Source: Gammaproteobacteria bacterium (GTDB lineage: Bacteria; Pseudomonadota; Gammaproteobacteria; Magnimaribacterales; AG-339-G14). From it: DNA of 64,000 bases. A model generated the notes under the pieces. That model was not told where the DNA came from. It was given only the letters and a program-made list of their open reading frames with translations, and did not search any database. Both the position numbers and the translations under genes were made by a program. The DNA lies in contig QOPF01000008.1 of the NCBI GenBank assembly GCA_003331625.1, positions 1,702 to 65,701 on the forward strand, read 5' to 3'. Positions within the stretch are counted from its first letter, which is position 1. Each line of letters starts with the position of its first letter. Below are positions 44,451 to 53,472 of this stretch, piece after piece.

Positions 44451-45415
44451 TCAGAAAGCCCTTCAAATATTTTAAAGATTTCTTCAGCGGTAGAAATATC
44501 TCTTACATTGCCTCCAAAAAAAGAACTGTATTCTACATTTGGAGAAGCATAAATATGACCGCCATTTATAAGAGTAAATAATGCCACAACATTTTTCCCT
44601 GCATTAATTTTTTTTATGACCCCATTGCTTTTGTCTCCGTCTGTATCTTCATATTGGGAAACTGCCTCCTTTCCAGCCGGACTTAAACTTTTCCAATATG
44701 CGTATGTGTTTTCTGAAGACTGGACTATGCCACGACTTGTATTTCCAAAAAGCTCTACTTGTCCGCCATTGTATGGAGCAATAGGATCTTTGGTTCCGTT
44801 AAAGATTAATATATTCACTCCCTTATTTTCTTTTTTACATTCGTTATTAACATTTACAGGAATCGTTGCAACTAATGGAGCATGAACAGAAATTAACTCA
44901 GGAACTTCATAAGCCAAACGGTAAATCATCTGTCCGCCGTTTGAAATTCCGGTTGCTATTATTTTTTTTTGATCAACTTTATAGTTTGAAGAAATTTCTT
45001 GAATAATTTTTTTTAAGAATCCTACATCATCAATATTTTCTTGATTGGCAGCATAATCCGCAGAAGCCCTGCAGTCATTCCAAAAATTCTTATATCCTTG
45101 AGGGTATATAACCAAAAAACCTTTCTTTTCCGCAAGATATTCAAAATCATACCCAGTGGCAATTCGCATATCTTTCGCCCTTCCATACGAGCCATGCAGA
45201 ACAAAAAAGGCCCCAGAATTCTCTTTAAAGTTCTTCGGAATATATAAATCATACGTCCTTTCAATATTGTCGTGGTCAATAGAAAAAGTCTTATAAAGAC
45301 CTTCTGAAGGAGCACTTCTTTCTGGATAAACATTCAAGTAGTTATAAAGTACCAAAAATGAAGCTAAGGCACCGACCACCATACTTATAAAGAATATTCC
45401 TGAAATTGATTTCAA
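44447..45415 (-). CDS. membrane-anchored esterase, PHB-depolymerase/LpqC-like alpha/beta hydrolase
   Basis: 322-aa ORF with an N-terminal TM helix, an oxyanion-region VLHGSYG and the nucleophile elbow GISNGG. Confidence 0.65.
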   Translation of the reverse strand: MKSISGIFFISMVVGALASFLVLYNYLNVYPERSAPSEGLYKTFSIDHDNIERTYDLYIPKNFKENSGAFFVLHGSYGRAKDMRIATGYDFEYLAEKKGFLVIYPQGYKNFWNDCRASADYAANQENIDDVGFLKKIIQEISSNYKVDQKKIIATGISNGGQMIYRLAYEVPELISVHAPLVATIPVNVNNECKKENKGVNILIFNGTKDPIAPYNGGQVELFGNTSRGIVQSSENTYAYWKSLSPAGKEAVSQYEDTDGDKSNGVIKKINAGKNVVALFTLINGGHIYASPNVEYSSFFGGNVRDISTAEEIFKIFEGLSD

Positions 45416-45538
45416 TGAAGTCTCCGCTCAGTAAATAAAAATGAAGTAGTAGCTTCCAATTAAAAGTCCGATGGTCAAGCCTAGAAGTGAGATCAGAAAA
45501 TTTTTAAGCATAAAGTTTAATACTCTTTTTATCTCATA

Positions 45539-46651
45539 TTAAACCAGAGACTTGGTTTTGATGATTTTATTATCCTTTGCTAAGCGTTTTTTCCTATTGG
45601 TCTTGTCATTTACTTTTCCAACGAGTTGCCCACAAGCCGCCATAATATCTTCCCCTCTTGTCGTCCTAACCGTGGTTATAAAACCTTCTTTTTGCATAAT
45701 TTTTTTGAAAGCTTGTACCCTCATACTAGAAGGTCTTTTGTAAGCTGAACCAGCAAAGGGATTAAAGGGAATTAAATTAATTTTGCTAGGAACATTTTTT
45801 AAAATTTTTGCTAATTCTTTTGCATTTTCTAAAGAATCATTCACCTTATTTATTAATATGTATTCAATAGTCGTTTTTCTTTGATCGCCACATTTATTAA
45901 CATATCTTTCTACAGCATTTAGAAGATCTTTAATTGGGTATTTTTTATTTATAGGCACTAGTTCGTTTCTAAGTCCGTCGTTAGGAGCATGAAGCGAAAT
46001 TGTTAAAGCAGCATTTGTGACTTCAGATAGTTTATCTATCATTGGAACCAAACCCGAAGTGCTTAATGTAACTTTCCTTTTTGAAAGTCCATAAGCTTTA
46101 TCATCCATCATCAAGTTCATTGCACCTGTCACTGCTTCAAAATTAAGCAAAGGCTCACCCATACCCATCATCACGATATTAGTCACATTTTTCGAACCAT
46201 GATCACGAGGCAAACCAAAAGAATTCTCGGCTACCCAAACCTGACCAATTATCTCAGCTTGAGAAAGATTTCTTGAAAAACCTTGTTTGCCAGTAGCGCA
46301 AAAGCTGCAATCTACAGCACAACCAACTTGTGAGGAGACACATAATGTTGCTCTTTTGCCTTCAGGTATTAAAACCATTTCTACTAAATCTCCCTCACCA
46401 ACATTCAAAACCCATTTTCGCGTTCCGTCTTTTGAATCTTTTTCGTAAACGATCTCTGGCGCTTTAATCTCAGAAATACCAGCAAGCATTTTTTGGAGTT
46501 CCTTAGAAAGATTTGTCATTTTTGAAAAGTCTGAAATCCCCTTTTGATGAATCCACTGAAATACTTGTTTAGCTCTATAAGGTTTTTCTCCTATCGAAAT
46601 AAAAAAGTCCTCCATGTTGCTTAAGGACATACCAAGAAGATTATTTTTCAT
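45539..46651 (-). CDS. rlmN: 23S rRNA/tRNA (adenine-C2)-methyltransferase RlmN (radical SAM)
   Basis: 370-aa ORF with radical-SAM cluster motif CAVDCSFCATG and conserved blocks (YRAKQVFQWI, MGMGEPLLN, ACGQL). Confidence 0.93.
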   Translation of the reverse strand: MKNNLLGMSLSNMEDFFISIGEKPYRAKQVFQWIHQKGISDFSKMTNLSKELQKMLAGISEIKAPEIVYEKDSKDGTRKWVLNVGEGDLVEMVLIPEGKRATLCVSSQVGCAVDCSFCATGKQGFSRNLSQAEIIGQVWVAENSFGLPRDHGSKNVTNIVMMGMGEPLLNFEAVTGAMNLMMDDKAYGLSKRKVTLSTSGLVPMIDKLSEVTNAALTISLHAPNDGLRNELVPINKKYPIKDLLNAVERYVNKCGDQRKTTIEYILINKVNDSLENAKELAKILKNVPSKINLIPFNPFAGSAYKRPSSMRVQAFKKIMQKEGFITTVRTTRGEDIMAACGQLVGKVNDKTNRKKRLAKDNKIIKTKSLV

Positions 46652-46652
46652 T

Positions 46653-47663
46653 TTAAAGATTAAAAAGATTTTTAATTGGCTGGTTGTTTTTTAAATTGTT
46701 AACGTTTTCGAGAAACAAATTAAAAGATCTTGGCAAGGACATTAGCGAATGAGCAGAGTCATGAGCAGAAATAAAACAATTTTTTGCTTCCCAAAGAGGC
46801 GAAGATTTCTCAAGAGGTTCTTGTTTAGTTGTATCTAAAGACGCTGCTGAAATTTCCCCAGAATTTAAAGCTTCAGCTAAATCTTCTTCTTTAATAGCGC
46901 TGCCACGACCAACATTAATTAACATGCCTTGGGGATTCATTATTTTTAATACTTCTCTATCAATGACATTCCTAGTTTCCACGCTATCTGGCAGGGCCAT
47001 AACAAGAAAGTCAGCCAGTGGCAAAAGACTTAAAAAGTCACTGGGCGTTTTTATTTCATCGGCAAAATCACAGTCTTCTGGATTTCTTCTAATACCAATA
47101 ACATTCATTCCAAATGCTTTTGCTATCTTTGCTACTTCCTTACCAATGCCTCCATAACCATAAATGATTAAATTTTTTCCGGTTAATTCGCCATCTCCAC
47201 CATTTGGCATCCAATGCTTTTCTTTTTGTAAATCTATGTGAAGATCAATTCTTTTATTCCAACGAAGCATTTGTGAAAAGACATAATGGGCAATAGGTAT
47301 GCCATATATGCTGCTTGAGTTTGCAATGATTGCGTCTGTTTCATTTAGAACAGCTTGTAAAAAAGGATCGTCCATTCCAGCATAACCGCTTTGGATAAAT
47401 TTCATTTTCTTGGCAAGTTTAAGCATAGGCTCAAAAAGGGTTTGATTATCTCTAACAGCAAATAGAAATTGGTATGAAAGAAAAAAAGCATCAGACTCGG
47501 GTACATCATCCCAAGAGGGATCCTTTGGGTCTTCAGGATTTAGTGAAATAACCTCTATCGATGAATCAAGATCAACAAGTTTTGAATCATCCATAGAAGA
47601 ACCAAGGTCTAGAATTTTAGAACCATAAATTTTATTCGTATCTTTAGATATAACTACTTTCAT
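46653..47663 (-). CDS. D-isomer-specific 2-hydroxyacid dehydrogenase family protein
   Basis: 336-aa ORF with NAD loop GYGGIGKEVA and catalytic-region VGRG...D...SAHDSAHS. Confidence 0.75.
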   Translation of the reverse strand: MKVVISKDTNKIYGSKILDLGSSMDDSKLVDLDSSIEVISLNPEDPKDPSWDDVPESDAFFLSYQFLFAVRDNQTLFEPMLKLAKKMKFIQSGYAGMDDPFLQAVLNETDAIIANSSSIYGIPIAHYVFSQMLRWNKRIDLHIDLQKEKHWMPNGGDGELTGKNLIIYGYGGIGKEVAKIAKAFGMNVIGIRRNPEDCDFADEIKTPSDFLSLLPLADFLVMALPDSVETRNVIDREVLKIMNPQGMLINVGRGSAIKEEDLAEALNSGEISAASLDTTKQEPLEKSSPLWEAKNCFISAHDSAHSLMSLPRSFNLFLENVNNLKNNQPIKNLFNL

Positions 47664-47750
47664 CTCAAAAAATTATTTGGTGCAATTTAAACTAGAATTT
47701 TTTTTAAAACAAGAATATATCCTTTTCTGACTATATAATATTTCTTTCAG

Positions 47751-48593
47751 ATGACTCAAATAACTATTACAGACGTATATTCCATAGGCGCACCAATAAT
47801 ACTTGCGCTTATTTTTTTTGAAGTATTCATTTCAAATTGGCAGAGCAAATCCTTTTATAAAGCCGGGGATACTTACTGCACTTCTGGTCTTTTGTTTGGA
47901 AATATAATCATGGGATTCGTAATTAAAAGCTCAATAGTCGCTTTTCATTTTGTTCTTTATGAATACAGATTCTTTGATTTAATGAGCTCAATGCCAATTT
48001 GGCTTCTTTGGGTATTAACTTTTATTTTGATAGATTTGGTGTTTTATATTTATCACCGCATGTCTCATAGAGTTAGATTTCTGTGGACGGTTCACATGAG
48101 TCATCATTCTAGTGAAGAAATGAATTTTGCCGTCTCATTTCGACAGGCTTGGTTTGGACCAATTTCTAAAATTCCTTTTTTTATGGTCTTACCAATTCTT
48201 GGTCTAGATCCTCTTATGATCGCGGTAGCTGGAGTAGTAAGTACTTTATGGGGCGTTGTAGGACATACACAAATAATAGGTAAATTAGGACCTTTAGAAT
48301 GGGTATTCAATACACCGTCACATCATAGGGTTCATCATGGCTCAAACCCAGAATATATAGATAAAAACTATGGAAATTTATTCATAATTTGGGACCGTAT
48401 CTTTGGAACCTTTGAACCAGAAAATAAACCTGTTGAATACGGCTTAGTTAATAATGTAAATACTTTTAATCCTATTAAAATCACTTTTATGGGCTGGGAA
48501 AAACTTTTTAAAGATATTAGAAATTCCGAGAGTTTTAAAGAAACAATAGGGCTAATTTTTGGACCTCCAGAAACTCACTCTAAGGAAACTTAG
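47751..48593 (+). CDS. fatty acid hydroxylase / sterol desaturase family membrane di-iron oxygenase
   Basis: 280-aa ORF with His boxes HRMSH, HMSHHSSEE and HHRVHHG, plus NYGNLFIIWDRIFGTF. Confidence 0.8.
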   Translation: MTQITITDVYSIGAPIILALIFFEVFISNWQSKSFYKAGDTYCTSGLLFGNIIMGFVIKSSIVAFHFVLYEYRFFDLMSSMPIWLLWVLTFILIDLVFYIYHRMSHRVRFLWTVHMSHHSSEEMNFAVSFRQAWFGPISKIPFFMVLPILGLDPLMIAVAGVVSTLWGVVGHTQIIGKLGPLEWVFNTPSHHRVHHGSNPEYIDKNYGNLFIIWDRIFGTFEPENKPVEYGLVNNVNTFNPIKITFMGWEKLFKDIRNSESFKETIGLIFGPPETHSKET

Positions 48594-48639
48594 ATCTAAA
48601 CTTATCTTCTCAAAGATAACTAGATTAATTGTGTAACAA

Positions 48640-49518
48640 ATGAAATCAATATTAATAAATTGGCTACTAGTTCTGTTCGTGAGTTTCAGCTGGGGTGCTT
48701 CCTTTATGTTTACTCGATTTGTAGTAGAAGAAATTTCTCCTTTTCATTTGGTTTTAATAAGACTTTTTTTAGCTTCTTTACTATTAGGCCCATTATTCAT
48801 AAGAAAATCCGATCTACTTAAAATGACCAAAGTGATACCTTCTTTATTTTTACTAGGAATCATAAACGCCGCTTTACCATTCTTTCTATATGCCTGGTCG
48901 GCACAAGAGCTAACTGCCGGAACATTGTCAATCCTAAATGGCACTTCGCCATTATTCGCATTGATAATAGCAATTTTATTGTTTCGCCAGAATACAACTC
49001 TTCTTCAGATTGCAGGTCTGCTGACAGGTTTTGTAGGTTTGGTTATTTTTATAGGTATTGAAGAAATAGGATTAGTTATTTTTCCCGTCATTCTCTGCTT
49101 AGCAGGAGCTTTTTGTTATGCTTATTCAAACAATATCTTATTTAAGCTAAATCACATTAAGTCATCTGCCTTAGCTTCTGCGACAATGATTTCAGGTTTT
49201 GTATTTTCTATTCCATTATTTTTTCTTGAACCTAAAGCATTTTCTTTTGATTTTGATATAGAAATTTACTTGGCGATTTTATTCTTGGGCTTTGTATCTA
49301 CCGGCATCTCTTTTATAGCTTATGTGGTATTACTACAAAGATCTTCGCCCGTTCAAGCATCTTCAATTATTTTTCTAGTTCCTATAACAGGAATTTTTTG
49401 GGGAGCCGTTTTTCTAGGTGAAGCAATAGATGGGAAAGTAATTTTAGGATCTTTATGTATTCTTGCTGGGATAGCCTTAACCAATATCTTTAAACCAAAA
49501 CAACTTATAAAAAGTTAA
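48640..49518 (+). CDS. DMT superfamily (EamA-like) transporter
   Basis: 292-aa ORF with about 10 TM helices in two EamA-like halves. Confidence 0.75.
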   Translation: MKSILINWLLVLFVSFSWGASFMFTRFVVEEISPFHLVLIRLFLASLLLGPLFIRKSDLLKMTKVIPSLFLLGIINAALPFFLYAWSAQELTAGTLSILNGTSPLFALIIAILLFRQNTTLLQIAGLLTGFVGLVIFIGIEEIGLVIFPVILCLAGAFCYAYSNNILFKLNHIKSSALASATMISGFVFSIPLFFLEPKAFSFDFDIEIYLAILFLGFVSTGISFIAYVVLLQRSSPVQASSIIFLVPITGIFWGAVFLGEAIDGKVILGSLCILAGIALTNIFKPKQLIKS

Positions 49519-49519
49519 C

Positions 49520-49870
49520 TTATATAATTTCTAAAACTTTTTCTGGAGGCCTACCTATAATTGCTTTTTTATTTTTAATAAAAATAGGTCTTTCAATTAG
49601 TTTAGGAAATCTAGTCATCAGCTCAATTATTTTTTTATCAGATAGGTTTTCATCATTTAAATTATTTTCTTTATAATCAACTTCTCCCTTTCTAAGCAAT
49701 TGCCTTGGTTCAATTGAAAGTTTCGTTAAAATTTTCTCAAGAAATGAAACTTCAAGTTTTTCTTCCAAGTACAAAAAGACTATGAAATCTTCGTTTTTAT
49801 TTTTTAAAATTTCTAAAGCTTGCCTTGATTTACTGCATCTAGGGTTGTGAAGAAGGTAAGCTTTGTCCAT
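49520..49870 (-). CDS. ArsC/Spx/YffB family thiol reductase-like protein
   Basis: 116-aa ORF with an N-terminal HNPRCSKSRQAL catalytic-Cys motif and a C-terminal LIERPIF...IGRPPEKV. Confidence 0.75.
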   Translation of the reverse strand: MDKAYLLHNPRCSKSRQALEILKNKNEDFIVFLYLEEKLEVSFLEKILTKLSIEPRQLLRKGEVDYKENNLNDENLSDKKIIELMTRFPKLIERPIFIKNKKAIIGRPPEKVLEII

Positions 49871-49885
49871 AGTAAATAAAAAATT

Positions 49886-50668
49886 ATGAATAGAGTTATT
49901 TTAAGCAGAAAAGGATTTGATTCCAAATATGGCGGAAGACCGTCTCCAGTTTTTAAAAATGGACGTCTATTTTCTCTGCCAATCCCACAATTTTCAAAAT
50001 CTCCCACAAAATATAAAGCTTTAAAATTTAATGGTATTTCTGGTACCAAGGCATTAAAGGAAGTTGCATCAAATAAAGTTACTCCGGAAGACTATTGTCA
50101 TTACGACCCCGCCTTAAATCAAAGAATTGGTCTTTTTGGACAAGCTGGGAGCGCTCAAACTGAACTTTTAAATAACGGAGTTAGCATTGGGGACATGTTT
50201 CTTTTTTTTGGTTGGTTTAGAAAATCAGATAAAACTAAAACAGATATGCATCTTATTTTTGGTTGGCTGCAAATTGATGAAATTATCAGTGGCGATAAAA
50301 ATATAAAGACTTTTCTCAAAATAGAAAACTTGAATCATCCTCACAACCCTGACTTTAAAACTTATATAAATAATACTTTATACGTAGGCAGGGATAACTT
50401 TGGGCTGTTTAAAAATATTTCTGATGATTTAATCTTAAGTGCTCCCGGTTATTCAAAATCAATGTGGGAACTTCCTAAAAGATATTTTAAAAATTCTAAA
50501 GATATGATGGCTGAAGTCTTTTTAAACAGATTAAAATGGTTTGATAACAAACATTATTTAGTGAATACCAATATAGGGCCAGGACAAGAATTTATTTTAG
50601 ATTCAAAAAAATATCCAGACATAGCAGCTTGGGCTAAGAAACTCACTGAAAAACCAAAATATAAGTAA
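49886..50668 (+). CDS. hypothetical cytosolic protein, Nmad3-like (putative nucleotide-modification-associated domain)
   Basis: 260-aa ORF. The N-terminal ILSRKGFDSKYGGRPSPVF..GRLFSLPIP resembles my recollection of proteins annotated as the Nmad3 family. It has no TM segment or signal peptide. Confidence 0.45.
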   Translation: MNRVILSRKGFDSKYGGRPSPVFKNGRLFSLPIPQFSKSPTKYKALKFNGISGTKALKEVASNKVTPEDYCHYDPALNQRIGLFGQAGSAQTELLNNGVSIGDMFLFFGWFRKSDKTKTDMHLIFGWLQIDEIISGDKNIKTFLKIENLNHPHNPDFKTYINNTLYVGRDNFGLFKNISDDLILSAPGYSKSMWELPKRYFKNSKDMMAEVFLNRLKWFDNKHYLVNTNIGPGQEFILDSKKYPDIAAWAKKLTEKPKYK

Positions 50669-51054
50669 TGAATAATATATTTTTTTTTATAGCAGGCATT
50701 TCTGCAGGAATGATCATCTTTCAATCGGCAATAAATGCTCCGTCTATCTTTAAAGTTTTTTCTGAAAAAGAAGCAGGCCCTTTTTTAAGAATTATTTTTC
50801 CTAAATTATTTTTAAACGTTTCTTTCTTGAGTCTATTCGGCTTAATTCTTTCTTTATTTAATGACTCAATTTATAAGCAGGCATTATTTTTTGCATCTCT
50901 TTTATTTATGAGTATTTGTTATCTAATCGTGCCAGCCACAAATAATGCCAGGGATCAGGGGAAGGATAATATTTTTAAAAGGCTACACTTCATAAGTGTG
51001 ATTTTGACGCTCTTGACATTATTATTAAATTTTTCAATCTTTTTTATAAGTTAA
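50668..51054 (+). CDS. 4-TM membrane protein, DUF4149/TMEM205-like
   Basis: 128-aa hydrophobic ORF overlapping the previous stop by 1 nt. The N-terminal AINAPSIFKVFSEKEAGPF pattern resembles DUF4149. Confidence 0.5.
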   Translation: MNNIFFFIAGISAGMIIFQSAINAPSIFKVFSEKEAGPFLRIIFPKLFLNVSFLSLFGLILSLFNDSIYKQALFFASLLFMSICYLIVPATNNARDQGKDNIFKRLHFISVILTLLTLLLNFSIFFIS

Positions 51055-51057
51055 AAA

Positions 51058-51429
51058 ATGGAAACCCAATTCAATATTTTTGGTGAAGTTATTGAAGAAT
51101 GTTGTGCTAATCCTATAACAGGTTTTTTTAGAGATGGTTTTTGTCACACAGATAGCTTAGACAGAGGCTTACATGTGGTTTGCGCCCTCATGACAAAGGA
51201 ATTTTTAGAATTTTCAAAATCTAAAGGAAATGATCTTTCGACTCCCAGGCAAGAATTTAATTTTCCAGGTCTTAAACCAGGAGACCATTGGTGTTTATGT
51301 GCTGAGAGATGGCAGGAAGCCTATGAAAATAATAAGGCTCCTAAAGTATTTCTTAGAAGAACTAACAAGAAGGCTCTGAAAGTAATTGATTTTGAAATTA
51401 TAAAAAAACTTTCCATTGATTTAATTTAG
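51058..51429 (+). CDS. DUF2237 family Cys-rich protein
   Basis: 123-aa ORF with the blocks CANPITGFFRDGFCHT, GLHVVCALMTKEFLEFSKSKGNDLSTP and PGDHWCLCAERW, characteristic of DUF2237. Confidence 0.7.
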   Translation: METQFNIFGEVIEECCANPITGFFRDGFCHTDSLDRGLHVVCALMTKEFLEFSKSKGNDLSTPRQEFNFPGLKPGDHWCLCAERWQEAYENNKAPKVFLRRTNKKALKVIDFEIIKKLSIDLI

Positions 51430-51470
51430 TCTAAACTTAATAAGCTTTAGATTTTTGATAGAATTAGTCA

Positions 51471-52013
51471 ATGTCATTAGATTATTCGAAGGCTCAAAAA
51501 GTAATTCATTGGCTTATGGCAATTATAATCATTCTTGATCTTAATGTTGCGCAAAAATTTGGCGGAAACATGGAGCTTTGGGATAGATTAGAGTCTCGCG
51601 CAGATCATGCAACAGCTGGCATGGTTGTGACTTTCCTTTTTATTCTCAGAGTGATTTTACGTTATCTTTATGGAGCTCCTAAATTACCTTCTTCTATGCC
51701 TTCCTGGCAGGTATTTTCAGCAAAATTTGGTCACTATACTTTGTATCTCTTAATGGCAGGTTTAATCATTACGGGCATAACCATGGCTGGCTTTGCTTCT
51801 GACCCAATCGTTGTTTTTGGAGTAGATATGGCGTTTTTTTCTCACAATCAAAATAATTTCCATCTAATAAGAAGTCTGCATGAGTTTTTTACAAACGCGA
51901 TAATTCTATTAATAGTTGTTCATATTTGCGCAGCAATTTACCATCATTTTTTGGCTAAAGATGATACAACTTCAAATATGCTCAAATTTTGGAAAACTAA
52001 AAATAATTTGTAA
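51471..52013 (+). CDS. cytochrome b561 family protein
   Basis: 180-aa 4-TM ORF with conserved His in helix 1 (KVIHWLMA) and helix 4 (VVHICAAIYHHF). Confidence 0.7.
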   Translation: MSLDYSKAQKVIHWLMAIIIILDLNVAQKFGGNMELWDRLESRADHATAGMVVTFLFILRVILRYLYGAPKLPSSMPSWQVFSAKFGHYTLYLLMAGLIITGITMAGFASDPIVVFGVDMAFFSHNQNNFHLIRSLHEFFTNAIILLIVVHICAAIYHHFLAKDDTTSNMLKFWKTKNNL

Positions 52014-52037
52014 CGACAAACTTAAATTAAAAAAAAC

Positions 52038-52826
52038 ATGAATATATTTACTAGGTTTATTCTTTCAAGGGCAATCAATAAAGCAGCGAAAAAAAGTTCT
52101 AATATAAATCTACCTATTGTTACTTATGCTAACGATTATATAACCCAAAAAATTATTTTAGATGGATGGTTTGAAAAGAGAGAGCTATACGCAGTAAAAG
52201 ACCTATTTGAATCTCTGCAATTAGAAAAAAAAATTTGTATAGATGTGGGAGCAAATATAGGAAATCATTCTTTATTCTTTTCAAAAATATTTGAAAAGGT
52301 AATTTCTTTTGAGCCAAATAAGGATGTTTTTAAGCTTCTGGAAATAAATGCCGCTTCAGTAGATAATATTTTGGCTCATAATTTAGGCCTTTCTGAAAAT
52401 ACAGAATCCTTGAAAGCTTTTGTAGATAAGGGAAATTTAAGTTCAGGAAAAATTGTAAAGGATCAAAGTTCAAACGAAATTTTTCAGGTTATTAAACTTG
52501 ATTCTTTCAAAAAAGATCAAAATTTAGAGAAGATATCTTACTTAAAAATAGATATTGAAGGGCATGAAGAAGCAGCCTTAAAAGGGGCCAAAGAAATTCT
52601 TTCCTCAGATGCGCCAGCAGTGTCTCTAGAAATGGAGATGACTAGGAATTTAAAAAATTGCTTAGCTTCTATTGAAATTTTGCAAGATAGTGGATACAAC
52701 GACGCTTTTATTTTAAAAAATAATTTTTCTGGGGGAAGCGTTTCTAATTTTAAAAATATTTCTATTCAAGATTTTAAAAATCTTCGTCCTAAAAGACATA
52801 AAATGGTGATGTTTTTAAAAAATTAA
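52038..52826 (+). CDS. FkbM family methyltransferase
   Basis: 262-aa ORF with DVGANIGNHSLFF, SFEPN and LKIDIEGHEEAALKGA motifs. Confidence 0.75.
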   Translation: MNIFTRFILSRAINKAAKKSSNINLPIVTYANDYITQKIILDGWFEKRELYAVKDLFESLQLEKKICIDVGANIGNHSLFFSKIFEKVISFEPNKDVFKLLEINAASVDNILAHNLGLSENTESLKAFVDKGNLSSGKIVKDQSSNEIFQVIKLDSFKKDQNLEKISYLKIDIEGHEEAALKGAKEILSSDAPAVSLEMEMTRNLKNCLASIEILQDSGYNDAFILKNNFSGGSVSNFKNISIQDFKNLRPKRHKMVMFLKN

Positions 52827-52836
52827 TATTGATCAG

Positions 52837-53472
52837 ATGAAGACAAGTTTAAAAATTTGGGTTCCCACTTTCATTATCTATATATCTTTTTTTCTTTGGT
52901 ACACGAATCTTGGCGGTAAATTAACATCAGAGGAAATAGATTTCTTCAGTAAAAAAATGTTTGAGAATCAATCAGAGAGCTCAAATATGAATGAAGACAC
53001 AAGTACTGTTTTTCTTGATTTCATGAAAAATGATACCGGCAACCAATTCATAATGGTTAATGTTATAAAGCTTAATGATGATCCGCCTAATGTTAAAGGT
53101 GCAAATCCTGGGGAAGATGCAGTTTCTTTAATGGGAAGATATATGGAATTTATGTATCCAGAATTACTTATGAGAGCGTCCCACCCAATTTTTGCTGGCT
53201 CGTCTGTAGGTAAGGTCATGGATAAAGCAGGCATAGAAGGCCTCGATAATTGGGATCGAGCAGCCTTAATGAGATATAAGAGTAGGCGCGCATTGATGGA
53301 AATAGTAATCAATCCGGAGATGACAGGAAGACATGATTTTAAAATAGCAGCTATTAAACATACCTTGGCTTACCCTGTTGAAGTCCAATTAAATCCTGCT
53401 GATCCAAGAGGTATTTTTTTACTAATATTAGTTATCTTAGGGCTTATCATTCAACTTAGACTAAAAAAATAA
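52837..53472 (+). CDS. hypothetical protein with N- and C-terminal TM anchors
   Basis: 211-aa ORF with hydrophobic helices at both ends and a soluble middle of no family I can name. Confidence 0.5.
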   Translation: MKTSLKIWVPTFIIYISFFLWYTNLGGKLTSEEIDFFSKKMFENQSESSNMNEDTSTVFLDFMKNDTGNQFIMVNVIKLNDDPPNVKGANPGEDAVSLMGRYMEFMYPELLMRASHPIFAGSSVGKVMDKAGIEGLDNWDRAALMRYKSRRALMEIVINPEMTGRHDFKIAAIKHTLAYPVEVQLNPADPRGIFLLILVILGLIIQLRLKK

